The position numbers and the translations under genes were made by a program. From the human T2T-CHM13v2.0 reference genome, Homo sapiens: a DNA stretch of 64,000 nt. The stretch is taken from assembly GCF_009914755.1 (NCBI RefSeq), contig NC_060927.1; one strand, written 5' to 3'. The notes below the pieces were generated by a model. It searched no databases, was not told where the DNA came from, and was given only the letters and a program-made list of their open reading frames with translations. This document shows positions 31,592 through 55,948 of the stretch, piece after piece; position 1 is the first letter of the stretch; each line of letters begins with the position of its first letter.

Positions 31592-32762
31592 AAAATACCA
31601 CCATCATTCTTCATAGAAATAGAAAAAAAATTCTAAAATTCATATGGAACCAAAAAAGAGCTTGCATAGTCAAAGCAAAAGTAAGCAAAAAGAACAAATC
31701 TGGAGGCATCACATAAAAATCAAACTATATTATAAGGCCAACAAAACAACATGGTACTGGTATAAAAATAGGCACATAGACTAATGGAAAAGATGAGAGA
31801 ACCCAGAAATAAAGCCAAATACTTACAGCCAACTGAACTTTGACAAAGCAAACAAAAACATAAAAAGTTGGAAAAGGACACTCTATTTAATCAGTGGTGC
31901 TGGGATAATTGGCAAGTCACACGTAGGTGAATGAAACTGGATTCTCATCACTTACCTTATACAAAAATCAACTTAAGATGGATCAAAGACTTAAATCTAA
32001 GACTTGAAACTATAAAAATTCTAGAAGATAACATCAGAAAAACTCTTCCAGATATTGGCTTAGTCAACTATTTCATGACCAAGAATCCAAAAGCAAATGC
32101 AGCAAAAACAAAGATAAATAAGTGGGACTTAATTAAAATTAATTAAAGAGTTTTTGCATGGCAAAAGGAACACTCAACCCAGTAAATACATAATTGACAG
32201 AGTGGGAGAAAATATTCACTGTCTATACATCCAACAAAAGACTAATGTTCAGAATCTATAAGGAACTCAAACAAATTAGCAAGAAAAAAAAACAAACAAT
32301 CTCTTATCAAAAAGTAGGCTAAGGACATGAATAGACAATTCTCAAAAGTAGATATACAAATGGCCAATAAACATATTAAAAATGCTCAACATCACTAATG
32401 ATCAGGGAAATGCAAACTAAATCCACAATGCAATAGCACCTTACTCCTGCTAGAATGGCTATAATCAAAAAAAAAAAAAAAAAGAAAAAAAGATGTTGGC
32501 ATGGATGTGGTGAAAGGGAGCATTTCTCCACTGCTGGTGAGAATGTAAACTAGTACAGCCACTATGGAAAACAGTTTGGAGATTCCTTAAAGTACTAAAA
32601 GTAGTTCTCCCATTTGATCCAGCAATCCCACAACAGGGTATCTATCCAGAGGAAAATAAGGTATTATATGAAAAAGGTACTTGTACGTGCATGTTTATAG
32701 CATCACAATTCGCGATTGCAAAAATACAGAACCAACTCAAATGCCCATCAATCAATGAGTAG

Positions 32763-32765
<3 letters not shown>

Positions 32766-32799
<34 letters not shown>

Positions 32800-32802
32800 T
32801 AT
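32766..32802. repeat. (TA)n microsatellite inside the L1PB
   Basis: Directly visible. Confidence 0.9.
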
Positions 32803-33639
32803 ACTACTGAGACATAAAAACGAATGAATTAATGGCATTCACATCAACTTGGTTAAGATTAGAGACTATTATTCTAAGTGAAGTAACTCAGGAATGGAAA
32901 GCCAAACATCGTACATTCTCACTTATAAGTGGGAGCTAAGCTATGAGGATGCAAAGGCATGAGAATGATATAATGAACTTTGGGGTCTTGGGGGAAAGAG
33001 TGGGAAGGGGAGAGGGGTAAAAGACTACAACCTGGGTTTACTTTATAGTGCTTGGGTGTTGGGTGCACGAAAATCTCACAAGTCACCACTGAAGAACTTA
33101 CTCGTGTAGGCAAATACCACCTGTTCCTCAAAAACCTACGGAAATAAAAACTTAAAATAACACAGCCCAGACACTCTTAAAAAGGTCAATTCTTGATGCT
33201 GGATATATAGCATTAGAACAATTCAAGGGAAGAAGATTTCAGGAATTAACCTGAACTTCTACATGATATAATTAGGCTGAAGAGGTGGAGGTAAAGTTTA
33301 GGAATGAGCCACCCTGTGGCATTCCATAAACTCTCTTTTTTCCTGAAATGTTAGCACCTATCTTTCGGCACCCTCTCCCTCTCCTGTCTGACTTGCTGCA
33401 AATAAACACACCTGGCCAAGGAGAGAGCTATATGCACACCCATCCCTCACCAACCTCAAAGTACTCAAGAAAATCAGTGGGGAAGAAACAGACAGACTCA
33501 GTGCTCACTATGTTTGCTAGTGGTGTTATAAAAATACTATATGTCTAATGCTATATGTATTTATATATGTTATACATATGTATGATATGTAGCATGTTAT
33601 AATTATTAATGTCGAAAAAATAAGCAAAGATATTAGATT

Positions 33640-33785
33640 TACATAGGCCTGAGTTAGAATCCTAATTAACCCCTGTGCGATGTGATTGAACTCGACTTAC
33701 AGATTTCTGAGATTCAATTTCTTTATCTGTAAAATAGCAATTACACTGGACTTACTTAATGGGTGTGTTATAGTGATAAAACTGC
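33640..33785 (+). mobile_element. MIR SINE
   Basis: CTGAGATTCAATTTCTTTATCTGTAAAATAG core. Confidence 0.7.
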
Positions 33786-33901
33786 ATAATTCATATTTAA
33801 ATGAGACTTGAGACAGAGATATATTTGATATGTTTGCTTTGGTGATATTCTTCCTTAAAGCACTCTCCAACCCCTTTGAGAACAGATCAAGCATTTCCTA
33901 C

Positions 33902-38428
<4,527 letters not shown>

Positions 38429-39107
38429 TGATTTACTTGGTGGATCAGAATAACTTCATTCTTGTCAGGGAACAAAAATAATGGTCACTCTTAGAGTTGA
38501 CGAAGATGTACATGTACATGTTTGAAGGAATGGTGTGATGCTAAGAAGTTTGCCGACAGATAAGTTTTAGTGTGATATGGAACACCTCAAACCTCATAGT
38601 CTCAAGAATTAATTATCTCATGAGCTGGACTCAGCTAGAAGGCCAGTAGGTCAGTAGGATATAGAGGTTCCAGTTGCAGTTAAAAGGCTCACTTTTGGAG
38701 CTGGTCTGACCCATCCTTGTGTCACCATGTGTCATCTAATTCAACAGAAATTTCCCAGGCTCAAGACATCTTACCTAGGAAACTACTTTTTTTAGCTTGT
38801 GTCCCCTGAGGGTCGAGTGTATTACACTGGCAAATCTGTAGCTTGAATTTTACTCCTGGTCGTAGATTCCTGGGTTTGCAGAATCTCTGCTCAGCACAAC
38901 CTTTGTTCAATAGAGATGCTAATGAATTTTCCCAAGTCAGGAGAATTTATAAGCATAACAAAGACACTCCTTGGAAATAGCCAAAATATCTATGTAAACA
39001 AATAGAACATTTTTCATGGGTCTGGAGTTCCTGCATAAAAGGACATTTTGACTTGAGATTTAATGGTTACTATGGCATTAGTTGTATAGGCACAAGCTAT
39101 TAAGAAC

Positions 39108-39485
39108 TAAGAAAATGTGGCATATATACACCATGGAATACTATGCAGCCATAAAAAATGATGAGTTCATGTCCTTTGTAGGGACATGGATGAAGCTGGA
39201 AACCACTGTTCTCAGCAAACTATCGCAGGAGAAAAAACCAAACACCACATGTTCTCACTCATAGGTGGGAATTGAACAATGAGAACACATGGACCCAGGA
39301 AGAGGAATATCACACACTGGGGCCTGTTGTGGGGTGGGGGGAAGGGGGAGGGATAGCATTACGAGATATACCTAATGTTAAATGACGAGTTAATGTGTGC
39401 AGCACACTAACATGGCACATGTATACATATGTAACAAACCTGCACGTTGTGCACATGTACCCTAAAACTTAAAGTATAATAAAAA
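39108..39485 (+). mobile_element. L1PA5-like 3' end, 5'-truncated
   Basis: [16 protein letters not shown] frame plus a complete 3'UTR; followed by (TG)n(TA)n and a short A run; candidate TSD AAGAACTAAG / AAGAATTGAG. Confidence 0.93.
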
Positions 39486-39487
39486 TT

Positions 39488-39490
39488 ATA

Positions 39491-39533
<43 letters not shown>
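39488..39533. repeat. (TG)n(TA)n microsatellite in the L1 tail
   Basis: Directly visible. Confidence 0.9.
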
Positions 39534-39536
<3 letters not shown>

Positions 39537-41083
39537 TAATGCTATAAATATTTAAAAAAAAAGAATTGAGGAAATTTTAATTTTTTTCTATACTGCACCA
39601 AACTTATGCCTGGCATAGTAGATATTCAGAAAACTTGTTAATTCTCCTACATGTATATACTTTTTCTTTCTGATATAATGAACAGTAAAAGTTTCCTTAA
39701 TTAAATAATAACTTAGTACTAGAATTTAACAACTACTGGATTACTAGAAGTAATTATAGATGTAATGTGAAGGTCACAAACTGCCCAAATAATAGCTTTT
39801 TCTTCTTGCTTTATAGTTGATAAATACTATCTGATTTAATATTTTCAGCAACCTTAAGACAGTTAAGTATTGCTGTCTACATTTGTACATGAGATTCAGA
39901 ATCATAGATAGGAAAATTTTAAAAATCTAAAAACAGTTAAATAATCACATAGTGGTAAACATATATATTCATATATTTTCAAAATAAGAGAAGATAGATA
40001 GCATTAGACCTAAAATTAACATAAATTTATTTGCTTTTAAGTTTATTGTTGTCACTATTTTGTTTCCAAAAAAGTTATCAGGTGTATAGCATTATGATTT
40101 AAGAGTGTTTTCCACTGCTTCACTGGTACTTCAAATTAATTGCACAGAAGATGCCAACTGGATAAATAATTGACTGATTTGTAATGATAGATAGATATAT
40201 ACCTGTAATTATCTAGCAAAATTTCATTGGGATCAAAGTTAAGTCTGATTTTTTTAACATCTCCATAAGTTAGGAAGCAAATATAATCATTAAAATTTAC
40301 TCAGCTGGAAGATGGTACTAAATCTAGTTAAGTTCTAAAGAAAGGTGGGAACTTACTTTAAGGAAGCAGTAAAATAAAATTCCACTATAACTCATAAGCA
40401 TTAGTGAATTTGAAAAATAAAATGAAATGAAGCCCATACAAATATATAGTGGAGTAGCCTATACAAGTTGTCAAATGTAAATCCACATAAATGTGTATGT
40501 GTAGTGATTGCTAGAAACAAATAAGAGCTAGTATAACAGTTTTCCTGCAAATAGAACCCTTTTTGGCATAAGCACATCCTTCGTGTGAGTAAATAAACAC
40601 CAGTAATTTTGATGAGTTCATTATATTTTCATAGAGAATTGACCCAGGATATTTGATTTCTTCTTAAATAAGTCAATATGCGTTAAGCTAACCACACACT
40701 AATTTGGGTAGAGTAGAAAATGGCAATACATGCTTTCGAAACAACTGTATTAACAAGGGTGATCATCATAATGCTGAATAATAAACCAAGTGACAGATTT
40801 TAATTATCATTGTGGTGACTTGATTTTGATTGATGTTACATTATATAGCTCTACTTTTTAAATACATAATTTAAGTATTTTGAAAATGTTATTCCAACAA
40901 AATCTGTTAATAGTCAATAATCCAATGATTGCATAAAGTACAATTTACTATCCAGCTATTGACAACTTTTCCTAATGAAAACTCTGCACTCATTATTCAC
41001 TTTGCTGTCTCCACTTACTTAAGTTGATGGATGTCCACTGGTAAAATACTTTTACAACATTTATGTTTCTTTTCCAGCTAAAG

Positions 41084-41284
41084 CAGGAATCAACAAGCTC
41101 TTTTTTGAGTCTAGATGATAAATATTTTAGGCTTTGCACATCATAGAGTTTCTGTTGCAACTACTCAACTTTATCTAGTGCAAAAGCATCCATAACAATA
41201 TGTAAATGAATGGGCACGGGCATGTTAAAAAAAACTTTATTTACAGCTGAATTTGACTTATGGGCCACAGTTTGACAGTCCCTG
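41084..41284. mobile_element. MER58A (hAT-Charlie MITE)
   Basis: CAGG...CCTG ends, internal AAATATTTTAGGCTTTGC and TCTGTTGCAACTACTCAACT, with hAT-like 8-bp flanks AGCTAAAG / ATCTAGAT. Confidence 0.85.
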
Positions 41285-41581
41285 ATCTAGATAATTGTCA
41301 GTTCTTAAATTGTAATGGCAAAAAAAAACTTTAAGAAAACAGATCTCAAATAGTATTAGACGATAGATATAATTTGCAGTATGTTTAAATCCACAGTGTA
41401 ACAATAAGGTATTGATCAAAATTGTGCTTTTAAAACAATGACTAGTTATAGCTTTTTTGTGCTGGCTTATGAGAGAGACCCAACTGGAAGAGGCCAAACT
41501 TAAAGTAATATAAATTAAATATCTACTTAATTTTTTTCTTCATTATGCTTTTGTGTTGTGTCAGTATTGAAAGTAAACATA

Positions 41582-42372
41582 AAACAAAGGGGTTGCAGGC
41601 CCCATGCAAGTCCAAAACCCAGTGAGGCACTCATTAAATAATCTCCAAAATAGCTCCAAAATAATCTCCTTTGACTTCATGTCTCACATCCAGTGCATGC
41701 TGATGCAAGAGGTGGGCTCCCAAGGCCTTGGGCAGCTCTGCCCCTGTGGCTCTACATGGTAATAGCCTGCTTTCACAGGCTAGCAAAGAGTGCCTGCAGC
41801 TTTTCCCGGTGCATGGCACAAGGTGTAGGTGGCTCTACTACTTAGGGGGCTGGAGGATGATGGCTCTCTTCTCACAGCTCCAAAAAGCAGTGCCCTAGTG
41901 GGAACTCTGTGTGAGGGATCCAACCCCATACTTCTCTCCTGCATTGCCCTAGTAGAGGTTTGCCATGAGGGCTCCATCACTGCAGCAGACTTCTGCCTGT
42001 ACATCCAGGGGTTTCCATACATCCTCTGAAATCTAGTTAGAGGTTCCCAAACCTCAACTCTTGTCTTCTGGGAACACCAAATGGAAGCCACCAAGGCTTG
42101 GGGCTTGCACCCTCTGAAGCTGCCCAAGCTGTACCTTGGCCTTTTTTAGCCATGGCTGGATCTGGAGCAGCTGGGACACAAGGTGCCATGTCTTAAGGCT
42201 GCATAGAGCAGCAGGGCCCTGGGTCTGGCCCATGAAACCATTTTTCCCTCCTTTGCCTCTGGGCCTGTGATTGGAGGGGCTGCCTTGAAGATCTCTGAAG
42301 TGTCCTGGAGATATTTTGCCCACTCTCTTGGCTATTAACATTCTGCTTCTTTTTACTTATGCAAATTTCTGT
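41582..42372 (-). mobile_element. MaLR internal (MST/THE1-int) fragment without LTRs
   Basis: Antisense similarity to the THE1 internal region at 22880-23680 (e.g. GGAGCCCACCTCTTGCATCAGCATG). Confidence 0.88.
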
Positions 42373-43692
42373 GCTAAAAACCTCTGCACCATTTTTTCTC
42401 ATTATTTTGCATACTTTTATCTTTCAAACAACCAAAGAATTAGAGTTAAGAAAGCTGTAGACATTCTGGTTTTTAACATACATAAAGCAGACAAGATAAA
42501 TTACTCCTTTTATACAATTGAATAAATACATTGCAAGCTCTGCACTTACCTCCAATAAATGAATGCAGCAAAAAGTTATGAAGGCAGAAAAAAATGAAGA
42601 AAATAGTGAGAACACTTATTCAAATCCTGTCAATTCTATAAGCCAATATCAAATTCTATCTTTCCAAGGAAATACTTATTAACATTCTCATATTTCTTGA
42701 ACTGAATTGGAACATAATTGAATCAGAAAATAACCTTCCATATCTTTCCTTGAAAACAAAACTACTAAAACAAATTATTATTTTTTCAGTATGTGATTAC
42801 TAGATTAGAAAAAGGTACAGAGAAGAGCAAACACCTGGGTTCTATTTGTTATTTTCTCAATTGGCTATATAACTTTCTTATTATTCATTTTAATATTAAA
42901 ATATACCTCTACTGAAAGGAACAATACAGTCATAAAATATACAAAGTGCATTGGAAGAAGTAAAAGAATCAACATTCTTGCTATTTGTTCTGTCTTTGAC
43001 ATCCTTTAATTCAAGAAGCACCATAAAGTCCGTCAATTATGCTCAAGGTGGGACTCAGAGGAAAGGGCATAGAAATAACCTAGTTAACCATGTCTGTTGC
43101 CAGGATAGGATGTAAGCTAAAATAATAAAAGAAGTATTTGGCATTTGTTCTTTTTATGAGGCAAGCAGATTACATTAATATTTGGAGGAAATACTTAGGC
43201 AAATAATAAATATTATGCATACGGGAAGTAGCTTTTATAATGTCTTCTCACAGAATCTCTGATGGTAACAGGCTGGTCAAAGGTTTTCTTGGAAGCTAGA
43301 AAACACAGATAACTAAAAAGGAAAAAAAAATAAAGTCACTTTAAATAGCATGGATAAAGAAAGTGATAGTTACTATTTTGATAGGCATTCTAATATGTAC
43401 ATATGTAAATAAATTCAGTTTTACAAAAAGTGAACAAACTAATAATGAGCTTAACTCAGTTTTTTCTTCACAAGCTATTATAAGTATTTTCCCAGTTTTA
43501 AAGACATGTAGTTATATGACCACTTTTAAAAATAATTGTTTATTATTAAACAATTTGGATAACCCATTATCTAAGGAATGTCCTATTCTTGACCATTTAT
43601 ACTGTGTCTGATTTTTCAAATAGGTAAGCAATCCTTCTATTAGCAACGCCATTTTCATAATACCTGTTATTTACTTTAACACACTTTCTTAT

Positions 43693-43915
43693 TGTTAGTT
43701 TCCTATTGCTACTGTAACAAATTATCACAACTTTAGCAACTTAAAACAATACAGATTTATCAACCTAAGTTTCTGTAGGTTAGAAATTCAATGCAGATCT
43801 CGATGGACTAAAAATCAAGATGTTGACAGGGTTGTTTTCTCTTTTGGAGGCTCCAAGGGAGAATCCATTTCCTTGCCTTTTCCAGTTTTTAAAGATTACC
43901 AGCATTCCTTGGCTT
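43693..43915 (-). mobile_element. MLT1 (MLT1D-like) LTR, truncated
   Basis: TGTTAGTTTCCTATTGCTACTGTAACAAATT..GGAGAATCCATTTCCTTGCCTTTTCCAG. Confidence 0.8.
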
Positions 43916-43929
43916 CTTTTAAAAATATC

Positions 43930-46078
<2,149 letters not shown>

Positions 46079-46261
46079 ATACAGATCAAAACAAAATAAA
46101 CAGCCTTTTAATCAGTCTACTGCTGCTATAATAAGGACAACTCCTCAGCTTGACCTTGGAGTCTACTAGTCTGGAGCCCAGGAAAATTGGACAGCCTGCC
46201 GCTTCTACATTGCCAGCACATACACAGAGACAGAAACTGGTCTGTTAAAAATTCTTCCAAT

Positions 46262-50737
<4,476 letters not shown>

Positions 50738-50813
50738 TTCTTTCAATTATTAGACAATTTAGTGAATAATTTTGTACTCATGAATGCCTGGTCAAAGTTA
50801 TTTTCCTGTGGGG

Positions 50814-50913
50814 AATATTCTTCAGGAATATTTGACTAATATTAATTTCATATTTAATAATTTAATATTAAATTAATATTTAATATTAGCATTAAATGTT
50901 CCTGAGGAATATT
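50814..50913. repeat. ~100-bp AT-rich inverted repeat (hairpin)
   Basis: Outer arms AATATTCTTCAGGAATATTT / AAATGTTCCTGAGGAATATT (18/20 complementary) and an internal perfect palindrome AATTTAATATTAAATT. Confidence 0.85.
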
Positions 50914-51089
50914 TCTAATTATGATTGTAAAGAATTAAAAGTGCACCATACATTTGCTTTCTTTTAGGCTGGGAAGTATGCAGGACCTCCGTTTGCAGAG
51001 CACAACCTTGCAGCAGCATGACAAATGCTGAGGATGCCTGCGTGTGAAGCTGCATGTTTTATGCATGTCACCAGGCCAGATCAAGTCTT

Positions 51090-51440
51090 AGCATGTCATT
51101 ACCAATGAGTTGTGAAGCTGAAGGAATCTTTTCTAAACTATTGATTCTAAAGAACAAGTTTTGATCAACTCTACTAGAGGAATGTCTGAACTAGTTTTCT
51201 ATTCTCTCTGTAGAAACAGACATTACAAAAATCATTGTCATGGGGAGGCTAAGCAAGGACAATGTAATCCAACAGTGTAGAAAAAAGTATTAGGAAATTA
51301 ACTGTTCAGAATATTATGCCATGTTGATTTTAATTTTATTTGTAGTATCCATCAGTTTTACATTTAATAATTTACAGTAAATCATTTTTCTCATTTTAAT
51401 TACATATTTATGTGTGAACCTAATTAAATGAATAAAAGTT
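51090..51440 (+). mobile_element. hAT DNA transposon remnant (MER113-like)
   Basis: Translates from ~51098 as LPMSCEAEGIFSKLLILKNKF*STLLEECLN*FSILSVE, resembling the hAT C-terminal dimerisation motif (ERxFSxLK..KNxLRSTM..ERLN.L.ILSIE). Confidence 0.7.
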
Positions 51441-51539
51441 AGATTTTAAATTTAATTTTTTTAAATTGTGCTTGTTGCATATGATGGTTCCTTGCTTTCC
51501 TTTTCTTTGTTAATTCACTTTTTACAAGAGCATTTTGAA

Positions 51540-52945
51540 GTTTTTCTCTTCTTTCTTCAGTTGCAATCGTGACAGCTTTGACTCAAAATTAATTCATTGC
51601 TTAAAACAAATGCCCCCGTCATCTGTTTTATTTTTTAATCTATAATGTTCAAATGCATTTATCAAACACATCCGTGGTTTGCCCACTGTTTCCTGTAACA
51701 TTTGACATTCCATCAGCTTTAGCATCTTCCATAGACTTTTCCGTGCCCTCTCGATTGATAGCCATATAATTTTTCTTCTTAATCAGACACAAAGCAGCCT
51801 TATATTATCGTCACAGAATAGGAATTCTAGTTTTGAAATTTTGACATTGAACAGTGTTAGTATTTCCTGTTGATAAATTATGACTAATCCTATAACACGG
51901 AGTCACCTGCATTCAATCTACTGACCTTACAATCAGTTCATTCACCTCATACAGTATGGCTTGGTAACACTGTTCAAAATATAATCTTCCTGTAGATCAG
52001 AGATGTCAAAAGGGACAGATTTTAAAAACACAACAAATATAAGGCACTTGCATTGTAGTTGGTTTTGGGAAGTTGTGTTTGAAATGCAGACGTGGTTTAT
52101 CTCTATCCAGCTTGTGTGTGAAAAAAAAAAAAAAGAGGAGACAGGGAAAGCCAAATTTCAATGTTTTTCCTCTCCTTAATCTGTCACAGGCCAGTGATCG
52201 GGTTAATAGACTGGAGAAAAAGCTATCTTGTCAAGATAAACTGAACTTTTATCACAACTAGGTCCTACCATCAATGAGTTGTCATAAAACAGAAAAAAAA
52301 AGAAAAAATCTCTAACAATCTTTCGTTTTATCTATAGAGCACCCGCTGTCCCAAATGATGCCAAACTGACTGACAGCAGGTAGTTTTTAAGAAAAACCAG
52401 CTCCTTTTCTCCCTTGGGCTTCTGTGCCTTTACTGAGCCCTTGGCGTGGGATTGTACAGCGGGAAAAGTCAATAGCGCCTGCTGTCAACACAATGTGTCT
52501 ATGTGCATTTTTTAAGTCTCTGCCTTCTTGAAGTTCAGTTGTCAGGAACCTCGCTTTTAAATAGATTTCAGTGTCAATATGTGCTGCTTCCCACTAATGC
52601 TAAGAAATGGCCACAAAGAGCAGGATCAGATGCTTTGTCAGGTTGTTGGCAGTGCTGATACTTATTGGCTGTCCACCCATCAGGAAACATCTTTAGAAAC
52701 CTGGAAGGCCTGGATGAAAAGAACAGCCTCACAGCTTTTTTCATGAAGTTTTATTATCACTAGGCTAACTGTAATGTGTGTGTATATATATTAGACATAC
52801 AGTCGAAATGTATTCTTGTCTTAGATATTGAGTGTCTATTTTTGAATAAATGCAATGGCAAACTAAGGACTACATGTAATAGCTTCAACATTTTCTAATA
52901 CGCATGAATTACTATAGCTACAGAAACATCTGGCTGTCAATTTCT
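51540..52945. promoter_or_regulatory. Candidate enhancer: block free of recognisable repeats with clustered TGACA (MEIS/PKNOX/TGIF) motifs
   Basis: About 13 TGACA/TGTCA pentamers, a PBX-MEIS decamer TGACTGACAG at 52367-52376, and more retained CpGs than the flanks. Confidence 0.4.
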
Positions 52946-53249
52946 GCAGATTACATAGATTTTTTATTTATTTTGCTGTTTAGAGTAGTCCTCATTCAGT
53001 CTGTAAACATACTTTCTCCAAATTCATATATAGATAGATACTTTTTGGAGGGAAGAGACAATTTTGCTGATTTAAAAAAAAATTCTACGTAAGCTGATCA
53101 ACTAAATTGACTTCATGGTTTTAAAAAGTAGATCAAATTAATTAAATAGAATTTGAGATACATTTAGCATCAGTCTCTCTAAGCCTCAATATTATTGTGG
53201 ACATTTACTAAAAACATTGAATCAGATTAATTTATTCTTTCTTTTCCAC

Positions 53250-54195
53250 CACAAAATATTTTAAGTAACTTAAACAGACAATGCACTGTGTTGTATACCT
53301 CATGGTATTGAGAGATAAATTAATTCCTTTACTAATCAAGAATTTAAATTCTAGTATCTTTCTGGGCACAGCCAGAAACAAAACTAAAGTAAGAATTATA
53401 AGAGAAATACAGCAGTGGCAATAGAGGGGAAAACTATAATTAATTCATTATTACTAGAAATATAGCTTTGTGAAGAAAATACCTTTTAATCTGGACTTTG
53501 AAAGATGATCAGAATGCCTACAGTTGGAATTGGGGTGGGGAATGGTAGGAAAAGTATTCCATACTGAGAAATTGGTAGGAACGCTGAGGTTCTAAACACC
53601 AGTTAAGTTAAAAAATTAGAAATTATTTATGGTTTTATGTGTATATAGAGTAGGGAGGGAAGTGAGCCATGCAGTGAAGTTGGTAAATAAAAAATAACCA
53701 TTAACTTATCCTGAGAGGTTCTTATAAAACATGGTATATATAATTAAGATTTTTTCAGTTCATTCATTTATTTATCCATTTATTCACTTATTTATTTCTT
53801 TTAATAACAAACATCTGTTGAGGTCCTACTATCAGCCAGGATGTATTTTAGGCACTGGAAACACAGAACTATAAAAAATAATGTTTTTGTTTTTCATGAA
53901 ATTAATATTTTAGTACAGGGAGACAGGAAATCAATGAGTACACAGAAAGGTACATAAATATCAACTAGAATGAACTTCAAAGAGACAAAAAGGCAGGGCA
54001 ATAAGATAGAGAGATAGATGGGATGAATAGAAAATGGTACTATTTTAATACTGTGGTCATATTAGACCTCTTTGACATACGACATTTGAGCCAAAATCTG
54101 AAAGAGTCAAAGTCAAGATTTACAAAGAGAGAAGGGGAAGAATGTTCCAAGCAGAGAGAACAGTAAGTTCCAGGACCCGAGGCAGGAGAGACCAG
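53250..54195 (-). mobile_element. L2 remnants (3' end at ~53757)
   Basis: TTCATTCATTTATT..CAAACATCTGTTGAGGTCCTACTAT..CCAGG..TAGGCACTGG is an antisense L2 3' end. Confidence 0.75.
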
Positions 54196-55948
54196 TGATC
54201 TTTCTCAGTTTTCATATCAAATGAAGTGGTCCCATTACATAATCTCTGACGTTTGTAGAGTAGTGTTTAGTTTCTTTAATTTTCCATGAGAAGCAACTGA
54301 TGTATTAAAAACAATTCAGATATATGTTTTAGAAAAAGGGGTACTTTAACTTTTCCACAGAATAATAGTTTTCAAGTGGTTCCAAAAATGGGGTATAACT
54401 TTGTGATGGAGCACAGGAATACACTTTGAAGCTTTCTTTGCTGTACTTGAGCATAAATTATTTAGGCCTATACTACCCACAGTCACATAATTTCATACAC
54501 TGAGCACTTCAGTTCTATTTCAGTTAACTCTCCAGATGGTGTTATTATTTTAATAGTTCATATGAAAAGAAACAAAATAGTAGAAATCATTTCAAGTCGA
54601 AAAATATAATAAGTCCCAATAATTGGCAAAATATTGTACCTTTGTTTAGTTTTTACTTTCTTCTAAAGAATAGGAAAACTACAATTATGTCATCATTTTG
54701 AATATTAGTCAACACATGCAAAATCCAAAGTCTGGGTATTGTGGAACAATGGTACCCCGCATGACTTGACAGCTTGCCTATAAATGAAAAATGAGAAAAC
54801 GAGTGATAACTCCTCAATTGAGATTTCCAATGCAGCTAAATTGAAGAGAGTTGATGCTTTAGCAAAGGAGAAATTTTGACATACTCACAAATTAAGTCAT
54901 ATTAACAGATCTTTTTATTTTCCAAAATAATAATCCAGAGGTTTTTTTTTTTACATATTTCTCATAGTGTGTTACAGATTAGAAACAATCATTCAAAAAT
55001 GGTACAGTTTGCTTTATCTTTGAAGGTCTTATTTGGCCAAAACCTGATGCTTATATTTATGGGTAATCAGAAATATTTAATGAGCTATTTCCAAATTAGG
55101 TATATTTTAGTACCTTTCATGAAGGTCGCTATCATTTGCTGACAAATTGTTCCTGTAAGTTTCCTGGTAGAAGGCTGATACTCTTAGCAGAATCACATCA
55201 ATTGACAGAGCTGAGGAGGGGAGTAAATTCTGGACCCTCGTTGGTCTGAAATGCTCTAGTTAAGGAATATTTTCATGACTTAAGTGTTCCAGCGGTAGCC
55301 AGCATAAGCTTAGGCATTATATCATTAAATAAAAATGCACTCCAAACCTTTATGCTTTAGAAAGGAAAAAGTATGTTGTTGGAGACTCATGTTTCTGTTC
55401 AATGAATGGAAATTCATTTGCTTTTCTGATCTGAATTAGAGTAAATTTTCCACTAAGGGAAGCAATGTATCTCCAGAAAACAGCAGAATTCAGACAGAAC
55501 CTAAAAGGAAGGCATATAGATCTTACTAGGGGCACTCAGGATAGACAGGGGAAGACCTTGTGGTTAATAACAGTAGGCATTTTGCAATTTATCAACAAAA
55601 GCAAGCCTCTGAAGAAAGCATCATTAAAGACTTGATATTTGAAGCAAACTTTGAGAATTAGATTAGCCACATCTCAGGCTATCTACAAGGACTAAGAAAG
55701 GTCACTGATTAAGAAACTGATCAATTTTAGCAGAAGTAAAGAGGAACAACAACATGGGATCAAATGGAGAGTCTGCTTAAACTAGAAGAAAAAGCCAGAC
55801 TGGATCTTAATAAACCAAATGTAGTTATCATGTCTTTAGAAAAAAATCAGATGTTGACATCAAGAAACTGACATTGTACATGCTATTGTATTTGCAGCTG
55901 TTATTGTATTTTTTGGCTTAAATTAGGTATTTATATACATATATATGT

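Noticed and set aside
51541-51562. Strong-looking splice acceptor TTTTTCTCTTCTTTCTTCAG
   Set aside because: No convincing open frame or donor follows, so an exon cannot be supported.
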